The notes beneath the pieces were generated by a model, which saw only the letters and a list, made by a program, of their open reading frames with translations, searched no databases and had not been told where the DNA came from. From Alphaproteobacteria bacterium (GTDB lineage Bacteria > Pseudomonadota > Alphaproteobacteria > UBA828), in contig OZ243972.1 of NCBI GenBank assembly GCA_965214705.1, positions 480,001-544,000 of the forward strand: DNA of 64,000 nucleotides. The letters are read 5' to 3'. The translations under genes were made by a program, and so were the position numbers. This document shows positions 1 to 12,244 of this stretch, one piece after another. The first letter of the stretch is position 1; each line of letters starts with the position of its first letter.

Positions 1-191
1 ACGACATGGGGATGACCGACGCATCGTGGGCCCTTGGGGAGAGCCTTCCGATGATCGCGCGGCTGTTGGGCCACGCAGAGGTGCAGACGACGGCGCGGTA
101 CGCTCACCTGACGCGGGAGGCGATGAACGCGTCTGCGGCGCGGATCGCGGCCAGCATCGGCGAGGATATCCTTCGCAGCGGCGCCCGGCCT

Positions 192-203
<12 letters not shown>
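1..203 (+). pseudogene. Tyrosine recombinase C-terminal fragment
   Basis: ALGESLPMIARLLGH...TTARYAH box II. The HxLRH motif expected just upstream reads DMGMT, so it is degenerate; cut by the window edge. Confidence 0.7.
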
Positions 204-2389
<2,186 letters not shown>

Positions 2390-2393
<4 letters not shown>

Positions 2394-2767
2394 GATGTCC
2401 CGAGCGCGGGAGCGAACAGCAGCTCCCTGAGAAGACCCAGCTGCCGCGCCCGTTCGGCGAGCGCCTTCGGATCCTCGATGCTCAACTCGGGGGCTTCCGA
2501 AGCAGCCTCTTCCTTGTCCCGCAACAGCCGCTCGAACCGGGTGAAATTGTCCTGCATCTCCTCCGCCGTGAACATGCGCCTCAGCCGCGACACGAAACCC
2601 GGCAAAGCCTGCGCGAACTCCGGGCGCTCCGCAGCCGCCTGCGCGAAGCTCACAAGCTTCTCGCCGACGATGTAGTCGAAGGCGGCCTCGACGCCGAAGC
2701 GGTGCATGATGGCCTCGGCGGCCTCGCACTGCTCCATCCAGACGTCCTGCCAGCGCCGCTCGGTCAT
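2390..2767 (-). CDS. Hypothetical helical protein (125 aa) translationally coupled to recD2
   Basis: C-terminal part of ORF 2390..3946 from ATG 2767 (MTERRWQDVW...); protein-like composition; GTGA overlap with recD2. Confidence 0.7.
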
Positions 2768-3028
2768 GCGCCCGATTCCCTTTCGACGGTGCCGTCCCAC
2801 GCGGTCCACGGAACGCTGCTTCCGCTTCGGGAGCCAATCGATTCCCCCGCTCATTCTGAGGCGTCGCTGCGCGCCCGGCAACGACCTGCCTCGCGCCGGC
2901 GCCGGCGGCCCGGCTCGGCGCGGCCTATTCGCCGCCGGCACAAGATTGCCCCTTGTTCCCCATGCCGCGCATGCCATGATCGACCGGCGGCCCCACAGGG
3001 GAAATAGCCCACGGCAGGAAGGAGCGCG

Positions 3029-4597
3029 TTGGTGCCGGACGCTCGGCTTCGTTCCCTTCTCAAGCAGCTCGGCAAGGCAGACGGCCCCGACGCCGCGATG
3101 CGCCTGGCGCGGGACCGCAGCACGTTGCTCCTGGGGACACCCGGTTCCGCCTCGGCGCTGATCTCGGGCGGCAAGGCGGACGCGGAAGCGCGGTTGACCC
3201 TGTTCACGCTGCTGCTCGACCAGGCGCGTATGAACGAGGAGAACCGCGGACGGCTGGGCGCCGGCTTTCTGTCGGAGGCGGAAGAGGCGATCGCCGCGCT
3301 GTGCGGGTCCGGCGGCCTGGATCTCGATGCGGGCGTTTCCCTGGCCCGGGCCTACGCCATTGCCGAGCTGGACGTGCCGCAGGCCCTGGTGTCGGCTCTC
3401 ATGACGGGCGCGGGGAGCGCGATCGAGGCGGAAGGGTTGCCGGACGACCTCGATGCACGGATCGACGATCTCCGCCGCGAGGCGGACGGCGACGACTACA
3501 TGCTGCACGGCTTTCTGAACGAGCTGCTGAGCGGGATGCCGCCGCCGTTGCGCCTGGCCTTCGTGCATCAGGTGGCGGGGCGTGACGAGGCGTGGTGCGG
3601 CCCCCTTGCGCTGTATTGGCTGCTGGATCCGGCGCCGGAGGTGCGCCGGGCGGCAGCGGCAGGCATTGGGGAGCGGGCGGAACGGGGCAGCCTCGATGCT
3701 GCGGCCGCCTCGGCTCTGCCGCTGATCCGGACCTGGGTTCCGGCGGACGACGCCCGCGCGGCGTTGGACGCGGCTCTTCGGGGCGCGCGGCGGCACGAGT
3801 TGGCCGGGCCGCTCGAGCGTCCTGCGCTTCGGCCTGCCGGGCTTCTCGGATCGTTGCCGGACGGCTCGGGCAGCCAGAGCTTCGCGGTCTCGCTCGAGGG
3901 CGCGGACGGGCCTGCGGCCGCCCTGGTGCTCTTGAAGATCGGTCATGGGGTGAAGGAGGCCTTCCTGGTTCGGGGGGAGGAGGCGGGAGCCATGCTGTCG
4001 GGCCAGTTGTCTCAGACGTGCAACATGGAACTGGCTATGGAGGCGCTGGAGCCCGCGCTATCGGCGGCACTTGCGGAGTGTCTGTCTGCCGGGAAGCCCG
4101 GTCCGCCGGGCCTGATCGACGTGGTCCGGGCCTGCGGCCTGGGCACGCTGAAGCCGCTGCCGATGACGGCGCAGGACTGGCTCTTGCACGTTGACCCTGC
4201 GGGCGAGATCGCGGGCTTGCGGCCTCGGGAGCGGGCGCGGCTGATCGAGCGGAGCGCCGAGTGGCCGTTCGACCACAGTCTGGTGAAGACCTGGTTCGAG
4301 GGCACGGCAATCGTGGACGAGGCTGTGAAGGAGGGCGGCGGGCGGCGGCAAGCGAATGCGGCATTGTGGGCGGCGCTCGACAGGCGGCGCGGCTACTGGT
4401 CGCTTCTCATTGCGCGAGCGGCACACGTGCTGAATGCCGCGACCGGGGAGGGGGACTGGCGGTCCTTCGCCGCGACGGCGGCAGCGTTGATCGACGGCGC
4501 GGCACTGCAGACGCTCCCGGTCATGGAGCATGTTCTCGACACGAGTCTGGCCGCCTGGCGGGCGGAGGAATACGCCCTGGACGGCAGGGGACGCTGA
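3029..4597 (+). CDS. Hypothetical protein (522 aa), largely helical
   Basis: Long ORF with GGAG RBS upstream, divergent from the recD2 pair; no motif recognised. Confidence 0.7.
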   Translation: MVPDARLRSLLKQLGKADGPDAAMRLARDRSTLLLGTPGSASALISGGKADAEARLTLFTLLLDQARMNEENRGRLGAGFLSEAEEAIAALCGSGGLDLDAGVSLARAYAIAELDVPQALVSALMTGAGSAIEAEGLPDDLDARIDDLRREADGDDYMLHGFLNELLSGMPPPLRLAFVHQVAGRDEAWCGPLALYWLLDPAPEVRRAAAAGIGERAERGSLDAAAASALPLIRTWVPADDARAALDAALRGARRHELAGPLERPALRPAGLLGSLPDGSGSQSFAVSLEGADGPAAALVLLKIGHGVKEAFLVRGEEAGAMLSGQLSQTCNMELAMEALEPALSAALAECLSAGKPGPPGLIDVVRACGLGTLKPLPMTAQDWLLHVDPAGEIAGLRPRERARLIERSAEWPFDHSLVKTWFEGTAIVDEAVKEGGGRRQANAALWAALDRRRGYWSLLIARAAHVLNAATGEGDWRSFAATAAALIDGAALQTLPVMEHVLDTSLAAWRAEEYALDGRGR

Positions 4598-4599
4598 CC

Positions 4600-5585
4600 G
4601 GAGCGGGCGGTCCGTCGGCGCGTGGCGAGGCCTCGGTTCTTTTCCCGATGCCGGCCGGGCGCGTAGTTCGCGCGGGACGATCGCACGCGGCCTTGGCCTG
4701 CCGGAAGCGGCACGCCACGAGGCGGCGGCGTGGCTCGACCGCGACCGGGGCTGGAAGGAGGACCTCGCGTCGGCGCCGAAGCTCACCGCGCCGCAGGATC
4801 GGGATGTCGACATGGCCAGCCTCACCGAGGCTCTCCCCGAGACCCTTCGCGAAGCCGCGCTGCTAGCCGTCGTGAGGTCGGTCATCGGGCAGGAAACCGC
4901 CCGGCTCGCCCGCTCGCCGGCGCCGGAGCAATGGATGGCGTGGACCGGCGATGAGCCGCTGGTCGCGGGCGACCGCATCGCCTGGCGCGCAGGAGAGACG
5001 GCGCAGCAGGCGGCGGTGGTATTCCCGGGGGAGACGGGCGGCATGCGCGCGAGCGACACGCTGCTGGTGAAGACCGTGCCGGCGGCGGCCGGCGCCGCTC
5101 CCGGCGCCGCAGGCCGGACGGTCGAGATCGGCGCTCAGGCTCTGCATGACGTCAAGTGCGCCCGCGCCGAATGGTCCGGCGAGGGGCTGAGGCAACTGGA
5201 GGCCGCCCGGCAGTACTCCGTACCCAGCGCCGCCTGCCCGCTCGCCTGTCCCGCGCCCGTCCCGGGCGACCGCATCTCCTGGACCGAGGCCGCCGGGCGG
5301 GGCGAAGAGATGCGGACGATCGAGGTCGTGGCGACCGCGCGGACCGGGACCGCCGACGGGCACGAACTCGCGCTCCGGGTGATCCGCGCCTCGGGCCCCG
5401 GCACGCCGGAGCCGGGCGCCTCGATCCTGCGGACCAAAGAGGAGGTCACCGCGCGCGGCTGCTTCCGCGCCGCGTGGTCCGACGAGGCCCGGCGCGCGGC
5501 CGAACCCGACCCGCCGAAGCAGGTCCATGAGCAGACCATGAAGCACAGTGTCGGCCCCTCCTGCGGCGGAGGCATCGGCCTATGA
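4600..5585 (+). pseudogene. Probable C-terminal remnant of a relaxase-like protein with two tandem GDRI(A/S)W modules
   Basis: Two ~80-aa internal repeats (GDRIxW...CxRAxWSxExxR) and a relaxase-like tail (KHSVGPSCGGGIGL); no convincing start. Boundary approximate. Confidence 0.4.
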
Positions 5586-5650
5586 GGTTCGGCAACCGGG
5601 GCCGGCGCCTCGCCCTCCGGGGACGCGTCCGGGGACGAGCGCAGCGCCGC

Positions 5651-6094
5651 TCAACGGAGCAGCGGCGGCTCGGCGGCCATCCACTCCCGGAACTGCCGCT
5701 CCACCGCCGGCCCGTCTTTGGGGCCGAACATCGCCACCAGCAGCGGTCCGAGCTCGTGCTCCCGGCCCTGCCGGACGAGGTCGTGCAACGTCGTCATGAG
5801 CAGCAGCTCGACCGACTGCCGCAGCCGTTCGATCGAGCCGCCCGAGGCTGCCGGCAGCATGCCCTCGGCCAGGCGGTCCACCCGGTCGAGAAGCCGGCGC
5901 TGTTCCGCCTAGCTCAGCGCCAGGGCCGGCGCTTCCGTCTGCGTGGGGTCGAGTTCCTCATTCAGCCCGGCGGAGATCATGTGATCGTTGATCGAGACGT
6001 CCCGGCTCTCCGCGACCTCGCGGATCCGTTCCCACTCGGACTCCAGGCACGAGATCGCAATCCGCGCCCGGGGCGCTGCGCTGCGCTCCGCCAT
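5651..6094 (-). pseudogene. Ribbon-helix-helix (CopG/MobC-like) protein 3, in-frame TAG at 5909-5911
   Basis: MAERSAAPRARIAISCLESEWERIREVA...PALALS*AEQRRLLDRVDRLAE; the frame continues into ORF 5651..5881. Confidence 0.55.
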
Positions 6095-6394
6095 CACGTG
6101 CCCTCCGCGCGCGACTGTAGCGCGCGCTGCATGAAGGCGATCGCCCCGAACACGGAGAGGCCGGTTCCCGAAAGCGACTCGCCCAGCGCGCGGCGCACCC
6201 GGTCCATCTCCTCCACCCGCTGGTACAGGGTCCGCTGCCGGTCTTCCGACAGCACCAGCCGGGGCTCGTCCCGCCCGCGTCTTCGTGCAGCGCGCAGGCA
6301 ACCAGGTATCCCGAGACCGCGCCTTCGCGCGCTCCCTGATCTCGGCCCTCTCCGCCCGGCTGCAGCGCAGCGTGCGGCGCACTGTACCTGCCAT
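6094..6394 (-). pseudogene. Ribbon-helix-helix protein 2, frameshifted
   Basis: MAGTVRRTLRCSRAERAEIRERAKA / VSGYLVACAL / DEPRLVLSEDRQRTLYQRV read in shifting frames; its stop overlaps the next ATG. Confidence 0.5.
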
Positions 6395-6397
6395 CGC

Positions 6398-6694
6398 TCA
6401 GGGCTGCGGCGCGGGGCCGCCCTCGGGGCAGGCGCTGCCGGAGACCGCGCGCCAGCGCTCCTCCAGCCCCATGTCGGCCATGCGCTGTTGCTCGATCGTG
6501 GCGAGCAGCAGAAGCTCGCGCACCGCGCGGCGCAGAACGCTATCCGGCAGCGGGTCCGGCGCGCTCGCCCTGTGCACGACGTAGCGCGAGAGATCCATGC
6601 CTGCGTCGGCCGCGAGTTCGCGGATTCGCACCCACCCGCTCGCCGTGGCCATCACCGCGTGCTGCGCGCGGCGCTCCGCCGGCCGGCGGCTCAT
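6398..6694 (-). CDS. Ribbon-helix-helix protein 1
   Basis: QHAVMATASGWVRIRELAADAGMDLSRYVVHRA fits an RHH beta-alpha-alpha pattern. Confidence 0.55.
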   Translation of the reverse strand: MSRRPAERRAQHAVMATASGWVRIRELAADAGMDLSRYVVHRASAPDPLPDSVLRRAVRELLLLATIEQQRMADMGLEERWRAVSGSACPEGGPAPQP

Positions 6695-8190
6695 GAGCGC
6701 GCCCCGGGGACAGTGCAATACTGCGTGACAAACCTCGAAGGCCCCGCGTTCGTGCCGCAAACACCTGCATAACACCATATAAAACAGTTACGGATTGCCC
6801 ATCCGCATACGTCACGGGCATCCACCGCCTTACCCCCTCTACAAGCGCGAATATCCATCGTGTGTTTCTGCGCAACGACAGACTCACCACTCCTGACATA
6901 CGCCTTCACTTCCCAGATTGCAACTGATCGGTTCGACGCGTAAAATTTTATATCAGATAAAAGCCGCCACAATCCTCTTGCGAAACGACCCAATCACCTG
7001 TAATGTAATGCATATACAGGAGAGAAAACGACCCACTCCACTACCTGACGCACTCCAGCAATATCGAACTCAGGACCACACCTTAACTCAGCCGCCAGGC
7101 TGTCCGACGAACCGAGGCCACCTCAGTTCTCGTCGCGACGCAGGCGCCGAAATGCACCCGCAACGCTCATGCTTCGTGGAAAAGTACCCCGCCCGCGGCG
7201 CTCATGCGCGAGTCGACATGCACGCTCGCCCGATAGTTCACGCTATATTCGTGCCGTGCCCCTCCTCCTTTCCACCCCAGCCTCCCAACACAAACAGCCC
7301 GCGCACAGGACTTTGCAAGGGGCTCTCTTGAACACTGAAAGAAGTGATCGTGCATAGACGGCCGCTCAGATGCTTGAGTACAATGCTTGATAGCGCTGTG
7401 ACATTCGTTCCGCCGAGTACTCCTCTATGGTTCGTTTCCTGATTTGGTCCCTCGGCAGATTCACGATAGTTGCCAAATAGTCCGTCAATCTACTTGCAAC
7501 TGCATCGGGGGAATCGGGCAAGGAGAAAATCTCTACGCTTCCAGAGGGCATTTCATCCTTCAATTCGAGATGCGGCCCTATGTCGGAAAGCACACAAGGA
7601 AGCCCCATTGAAAGCGCCTCCAATACGGAATTCGGCAATCCTTCTCCTAAGGACGCACTCATGAAGAAATCGGAGTCGCACAAATACTTTTGCACATCAT
7701 CTTTGCGCTGATGCCCGACAAAGGATATTCTGCTGCCCTCATAACCTGCAAGATCACTGTATTCCGGCCCGTCCCCAACAACGGTCAGTCGTGCAACGCC
7801 GTTATCCAGTCTCTTGAAAACCTCGCATAAATACCGAACATTCTTCCGAGGAATCAGTCGACTTACCGTCACACCCTTGAAGTACACCATTTCCTTTGTG
7901 CGCACACTGACGATGTCCCGGGACATTTCCACTCCATTCGGTATTGCCAGAGCGTCCTTCATAGCGTAGCGTTGTTCATATTCAGCTTTCATCGAATTTG
8001 AACAGCATACTACGTTATCGCATTTTTTCAAAGCCCTTACATGGCTTCTTGCCATGTATGTCCCAAGATACCTCCCGAACTCCAGGGGATAATCTATATC
8101 GGGTATGTTTCGGCACGTTGCAATCCAAGCGGTAGACCGATTCAATTTCGATACGAGAGAGTCGCTTCGCCAACCGGAGCTATGTATCAG

Positions 8191-9689
8191 GAGCCGCTTG
8201 CAAAACTCTGATCGACTCGGAGCGGCGCAAGAACACCCAAGCTAGCAGCGACGTCGGCGCACGGCAATTGGCGCGATTTTGATCGCGACCATGGTCGGAT
8301 CAGCGTTGGCGCTGCCTCCGATTCGGTATTTTCGCCGAACTCCAGGCGCGTTTGGCCGCTCCGCCTCTCAGGAAGTGCGGCTGCGGTGATGGCGAAGGAG
8401 AGGAGCCGGACTAGATCGGCGGAACGATAAGGCGCATCAGCTGGCTGGCCGTCAGCACGGTCATGCCGAACATGAGGTGGGCGAGAACCTTGTCGTACCC
8501 GCGCACGCGGACATGGCGGCCGCCGAACTCATCCTTGAGCCGCCCATTGATCCGCTCGGACCCCGAGCGCACGACGTAACGACGCTCCTCGGGAAAGACG
8601 AGGCCGAGCGTGCGCCGCGCCTTCTTCTCCTGCTTCAACGCCTCTTGCATTTCGACCGAGCGGCGGGGGTTCACGTCGATGATCGGCTTGTGGCCCAGCA
8701 AGATGCTGTGCGCCCAGATCTCGATGGAATCATAGGCCGCGTCCATAAGGTCGTAGAGGTTCTCGACCCGCCCGGCCGTCAGGGTTCCCAACGGAATCGC
8801 CACCTGGGAGTCATGCGTCGACGCAGACGTCATGATGCAGCTGATGGGGATCCCGCCATCGGCGGTATCGACGTGCAGCTTGTACCCGATCCAGGAGGTG
8901 GTATGGCCCTTGGCGTTGCGCTTGCTGCCGACATCGCAGGCCCTCGGCAGGTCTGCCAGCATCTGCGGAAGGCTCATCGTCAGTTGCCGTTCCAGCCGGC
9001 TCGGCTCCTTCGCCCGCGCCTCTCCCTTGCGTGGCCGCCCCCGCTTGCGCCGCTTCGGCTTCGCTGCCTTCGGCTTCGGCTTCTCCCGCGCCTCGATCGC
9101 CGTCGCATCCCGCGAGATGTGCTCGACAAGATGGCCATCCATCGTCCGCGCAATCAACGTCTCATGCAGACGGTTCGCAAGACGGCTCTCGGCAAACTCG
9201 GAAAAGGCCCGCGAAAACGTCGCCTCGCTCGGAAGCCGGCCGGCACCGCTCCAGCCGCACAGCCGGCATAGCCTGCCGTCAACCTCAAGACGCTCGATCA
9301 GGCCGCGCGTCGTCGGAACGTCGAACACGGCCTTGGCGATGAAGGCGCGCGCCAGCGCCGCGCGGTCCTCCTCCGGCCGCCCTACCTGGCCGCGGAAGTA
9401 GGGCAGAAGAGCCTCGACCCGCACCAGTTCCAGAACCGCGACGAACAGCTCGTAGCGCTCGCCCATCGGGCCAAGCTCGCTCTCGAGCCTCGGGAATAAC
9501 TCTTGTTGAAAGGCGTACCAGTAATCCGATAGCATCTCGCGCAGGGACACGGCTCCACTCCTCCGTGGTCATCATGCGGTGTTTTGCGCTAGCGCAGCAC
9601 ATGATACTCACGAGGGTGGGCCGGTCCCACCGCAAAGGCCTTCACTCAGGCAGAAGAGCAACTCGACTCAGCTATTTTGCAAGAGGCTC
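8191..9689 (-). mobile_element. Insertion sequence (IS1182/IS5-like DDE), 1499 bp
   Basis: 15-bp terminal IRs GAGCC(G/T)CTTGCAAAA at 8191-8205 and 9675-9689; 4-bp target duplication TCAG at 8187-8190 and 9690-9693. Confidence 0.92.
8411..9550 (-). CDS. DDE transposase (IS1182/IS5-like)
   Basis: PSEATFSRAF, SRDATAIE, GYKLH, MDAAYD, R-SG-SERING-RLK motifs. Confidence 0.88.
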   Translation of the reverse strand: MSLREMLSDYWYAFQQELFPRLESELGPMGERYELFVAVLELVRVEALLPYFRGQVGRPEEDRAALARAFIAKAVFDVPTTRGLIERLEVDGRLCRLCGWSGAGRLPSEATFSRAFSEFAESRLANRLHETLIARTMDGHLVEHISRDATAIEAREKPKPKAAKPKRRKRGRPRKGEARAKEPSRLERQLTMSLPQMLADLPRACDVGSKRNAKGHTTSWIGYKLHVDTADGGIPISCIMTSASTHDSQVAIPLGTLTAGRVENLYDLMDAAYDSIEIWAHSILLGHKPIIDVNPRRSVEMQEALKQEKKARRTLGLVFPEERRYVVRSGSERINGRLKDEFGGRHVRVRGYDKVLAHLMFGMTVLTASQLMRLIVPPI

Positions 9690-10186
9690 TCAGGTCTGGC
9701 TGGACTAATGAAATTACGTCTCGAAAGCGTTTCATCAGGAGGAATAGACCGAGCCTTCTACTCAGATTAATCGGGTATACCTTAACTGGTAGACGTTTAA
9801 CTTGACCAACGAGAGAGTCATCGTTCCTTTCAGGAGAAAGAGTTATTATGGACACGTCAAATTTTGCATAATCGATATACCGCAAGATATTTGCCAGCTG
9901 AATGGATGGACCGCATCTCCTAAGTGTCGATGTGACATAGGCAACTTTGATTTTTCTGAGAGTATTGGAACGGGCTGTCATGGGCCTTACTGTCCGTTCT
10001 ATGGTATAAGTGGCAATTCCGGCTGCTGGGTGGGGATTGTCTGTCGCGCTGCGGCGCGGAACGAGCGAAGCTGATTTGAGCGGCCACGCATGGCGAACCT
10101 GACACACCCTGACAGACTCCACAATCCGGCCTGGGACTTGTGCGGCATTTGTCGCGGGCAGTGACCCGGCCCATGGAGAGCGCGGC

Positions 10187-12244
10187 ATGTGCGGCATAGC
10201 CGGTTTTCTTGGAAGAGGACCTCTCACGTCGGAGGTAGCGTCATCGATCGTCCATGAGATGGCGGACACAGTCGTGCATCGCGGTCCCGACGATGCCGGG
10301 ATCTGGCTGGACCTTGAGGCGGGAGTCGCTCTCGCGCATCGCCGTCTGGCCGTCGTCGATCTATCGCCGGCCGGTCACCAGCCGATGCTGTCCGGTTCCG
10401 GGCGAAGGGTGATCGTCTTCAATGGCGAGATCTACAACCACCGGGACCTCAGACGACGGCTCGACACCCATCGTCAGAGCATCTCCTGGAAGGGGTATTC
10501 CGATACGGAAACGCTGCTGGCAGGCATCGAGTGTTGGGGATTGGAGGAGGCGTTGCGGGCATCCACCGGCATGTTCGCCTTTGCCCTCTGGGATCGCGGG
10601 GACAGGGCCCTCTATCTGGCCCGCGACCGGGTCGGCGAAAAACCGCTCTACTACGGTTGGCAGAACGGTGTGTTCCTGTTCGGGTCAGGGTTGAGGGCGC
10701 TCGCGGCGCATCCTGCGTTCGCGGGGGACATCGACAGAGGCGCGCTCGCCCTGCTCTTGCGCCACGGTTATGTTCCATCCCCTTGGTCCATTTACGAGGG
10801 CGTTCGAAAGCTGCCGCCGGGCACGTACGTCAGGATGGCCGTCGGCGCTTCAGGCCAGCGTGCGGGCGAACTGACGGAACCGCGGCCGTACTGGTCTTTG
10901 CGGGACGTGATGACCGCGGGCCGGGCCGAACCGTTCGAGGGCACTCCCGAAGAAGCGGTTGACGTCCTGAACGACCTGTTGCTGCGGGCGGTCCGCCGGC
11001 AGATGGCAGCGGACGTTCCGCTTGGCGCGTTCCTGTCCGGCGGGATCGATTCGTCGGCCGTCGTCGCATTGATGCAGGCGCAATCCACGCGGCCGGTGCG
11101 GACGTTCACCATCGGATTCGATGAAGTCGAATACGACGAAGCGCCGTACGCCAAGGCTGTGGCAAGCCATCTGGGAACCGAACATACGGAGTTGTACGTC
11201 TCGGCGCGCCAGGCGCTGGACGTCATTCCGCGCTTGCCGAATCTTTTGGACGAGCCCTTTGCCGATGCCTCGCAAATGCCCACCTTTCTCGTCGCCGGGA
11301 TGGCGCGCCGGCAAGTGACCGTGGCCCTGTCCGGAGACGGCGGTGACGAGCTGTTCGGCGGCTATGATGATCGCTATTCTTTGACGTCACGAATATGGAC
11401 GTCACGGTGCAGGCGCTGGATGTCCAACGTGCCGTTGCCGCTACGCCGCATCGGCGCGGGCGCGGTCCTGGCGTTCGTCGCCCCGGAATCGCACACCACG
11501 TTGCCGGGCCGCTTTCTTCGCCGGCTGCCCGCATCTAACGGGCGGCGCTGGACACCTGGCCGGGTCCGCAAGCTGGCGGCGCTGGTCACCTGCCGGACAC
11601 GGGAAGAGTTTTATTGGCGCAGCCTCTCGCACTGGCTGAATCCGGCCGCGATCGTTCGCGGAGCGTCCTTACCCGAAACCGTTGTGAGCGAAGCTATAAG
11701 CTGCGTGGATGCGTTGGAATTCGCAGAGTGGATGATGGCAGCCGACACCCTGAGTTATCTCCCCGACGACATTCTGGTCAAGGTCGACAGAGCAGCGATG
11801 GCCGTCAGTCTCGAGACGCGCGCACCACTCCTGGATCACCAGGTCATGGAATTCGTCTGGCGTTTGCCGTTGTCGTTCAGGATCCGCAGCAACGAGAGCA
11901 AATGGATCCTGCGGCAGGTGCTCTTCAGATACGTGCCGATGCGGCTCGTCGATCGGCCGAAAGCGGGATTCGGTGTGCCACTCGCCTCGTGGCTGCGTGG
12001 TCCTCTCCGGGACTGGGCGGAAGCCTTGCTCGACGAACGGCGGCTTCGGGAGGAAGGGTTTTTCGATCCCGCCCCGGTTCGCCAAACGTGGGGCGCATTC
12101 CTGAGAGTGCACGATAGTGCGGAGCAACGCCTCTGGAACATCCTGATGTTCCAGGCATGGCTGGAACGTTCACCCGCTGCCGAGCGCGGCGCGGAATGCC
12201 CGCCAGGCGGAGACCGCGTCGCCGGGTCGCGGCAGCCAGATTGA
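10187..12244 (+). CDS. asnB: Asparagine synthase (glutamine-hydrolysing), polysaccharide-amidotransferase type
   Basis: MCGIAG Ntn N-terminus, HRGPD, FNGEIYN, LSGGIDSS, SGDGGDELFGGY; lies inside a glycan locus. Confidence 0.93.
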   Translation: MCGIAGFLGRGPLTSEVASSIVHEMADTVVHRGPDDAGIWLDLEAGVALAHRRLAVVDLSPAGHQPMLSGSGRRVIVFNGEIYNHRDLRRRLDTHRQSISWKGYSDTETLLAGIECWGLEEALRASTGMFAFALWDRGDRALYLARDRVGEKPLYYGWQNGVFLFGSGLRALAAHPAFAGDIDRGALALLLRHGYVPSPWSIYEGVRKLPPGTYVRMAVGASGQRAGELTEPRPYWSLRDVMTAGRAEPFEGTPEEAVDVLNDLLLRAVRRQMAADVPLGAFLSGGIDSSAVVALMQAQSTRPVRTFTIGFDEVEYDEAPYAKAVASHLGTEHTELYVSARQALDVIPRLPNLLDEPFADASQMPTFLVAGMARRQVTVALSGDGGDELFGGYDDRYSLTSRIWTSRCRRWMSNVPLPLRRIGAGAVLAFVAPESHTTLPGRFLRRLPASNGRRWTPGRVRKLAALVTCRTREEFYWRSLSHWLNPAAIVRGASLPETVVSEAISCVDALEFAEWMMAADTLSYLPDDILVKVDRAAMAVSLETRAPLLDHQVMEFVWRLPLSFRIRSNESKWILRQVLFRYVPMRLVDRPKAGFGVPLASWLRGPLRDWAEALLDERRLREEGFFDPAPVRQTWGAFLRVHDSAEQRLWNILMFQAWLERSPAAERGAECPPGGDRVAGSRQPD

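Larger units (their letters stand above)
7366..9981 (-). pseudogene. GT4 glycosyltransferase (370 aa when reconstructed) interrupted by an IS
   Basis: N-half KIKVAYVTSTLRRCGP...QPDL and C-half IHSSGWRSD...EGLPNSVLEA join in frame once the IS plus one TCAG copy is removed; lower GC than the flanks. Confidence 0.9.

Noticed and set aside
2394-2837. N-terminal extension of the 881-aa RecD2 ORF
   Set aside because: It overlaps the 125-aa gene in another frame and is Arg/Gly-rich shadow translation.
6760-7360. Short ORFs or an oriT in the lower-GC spacer
   Set aside because: No recognisable protein motif or nic consensus.
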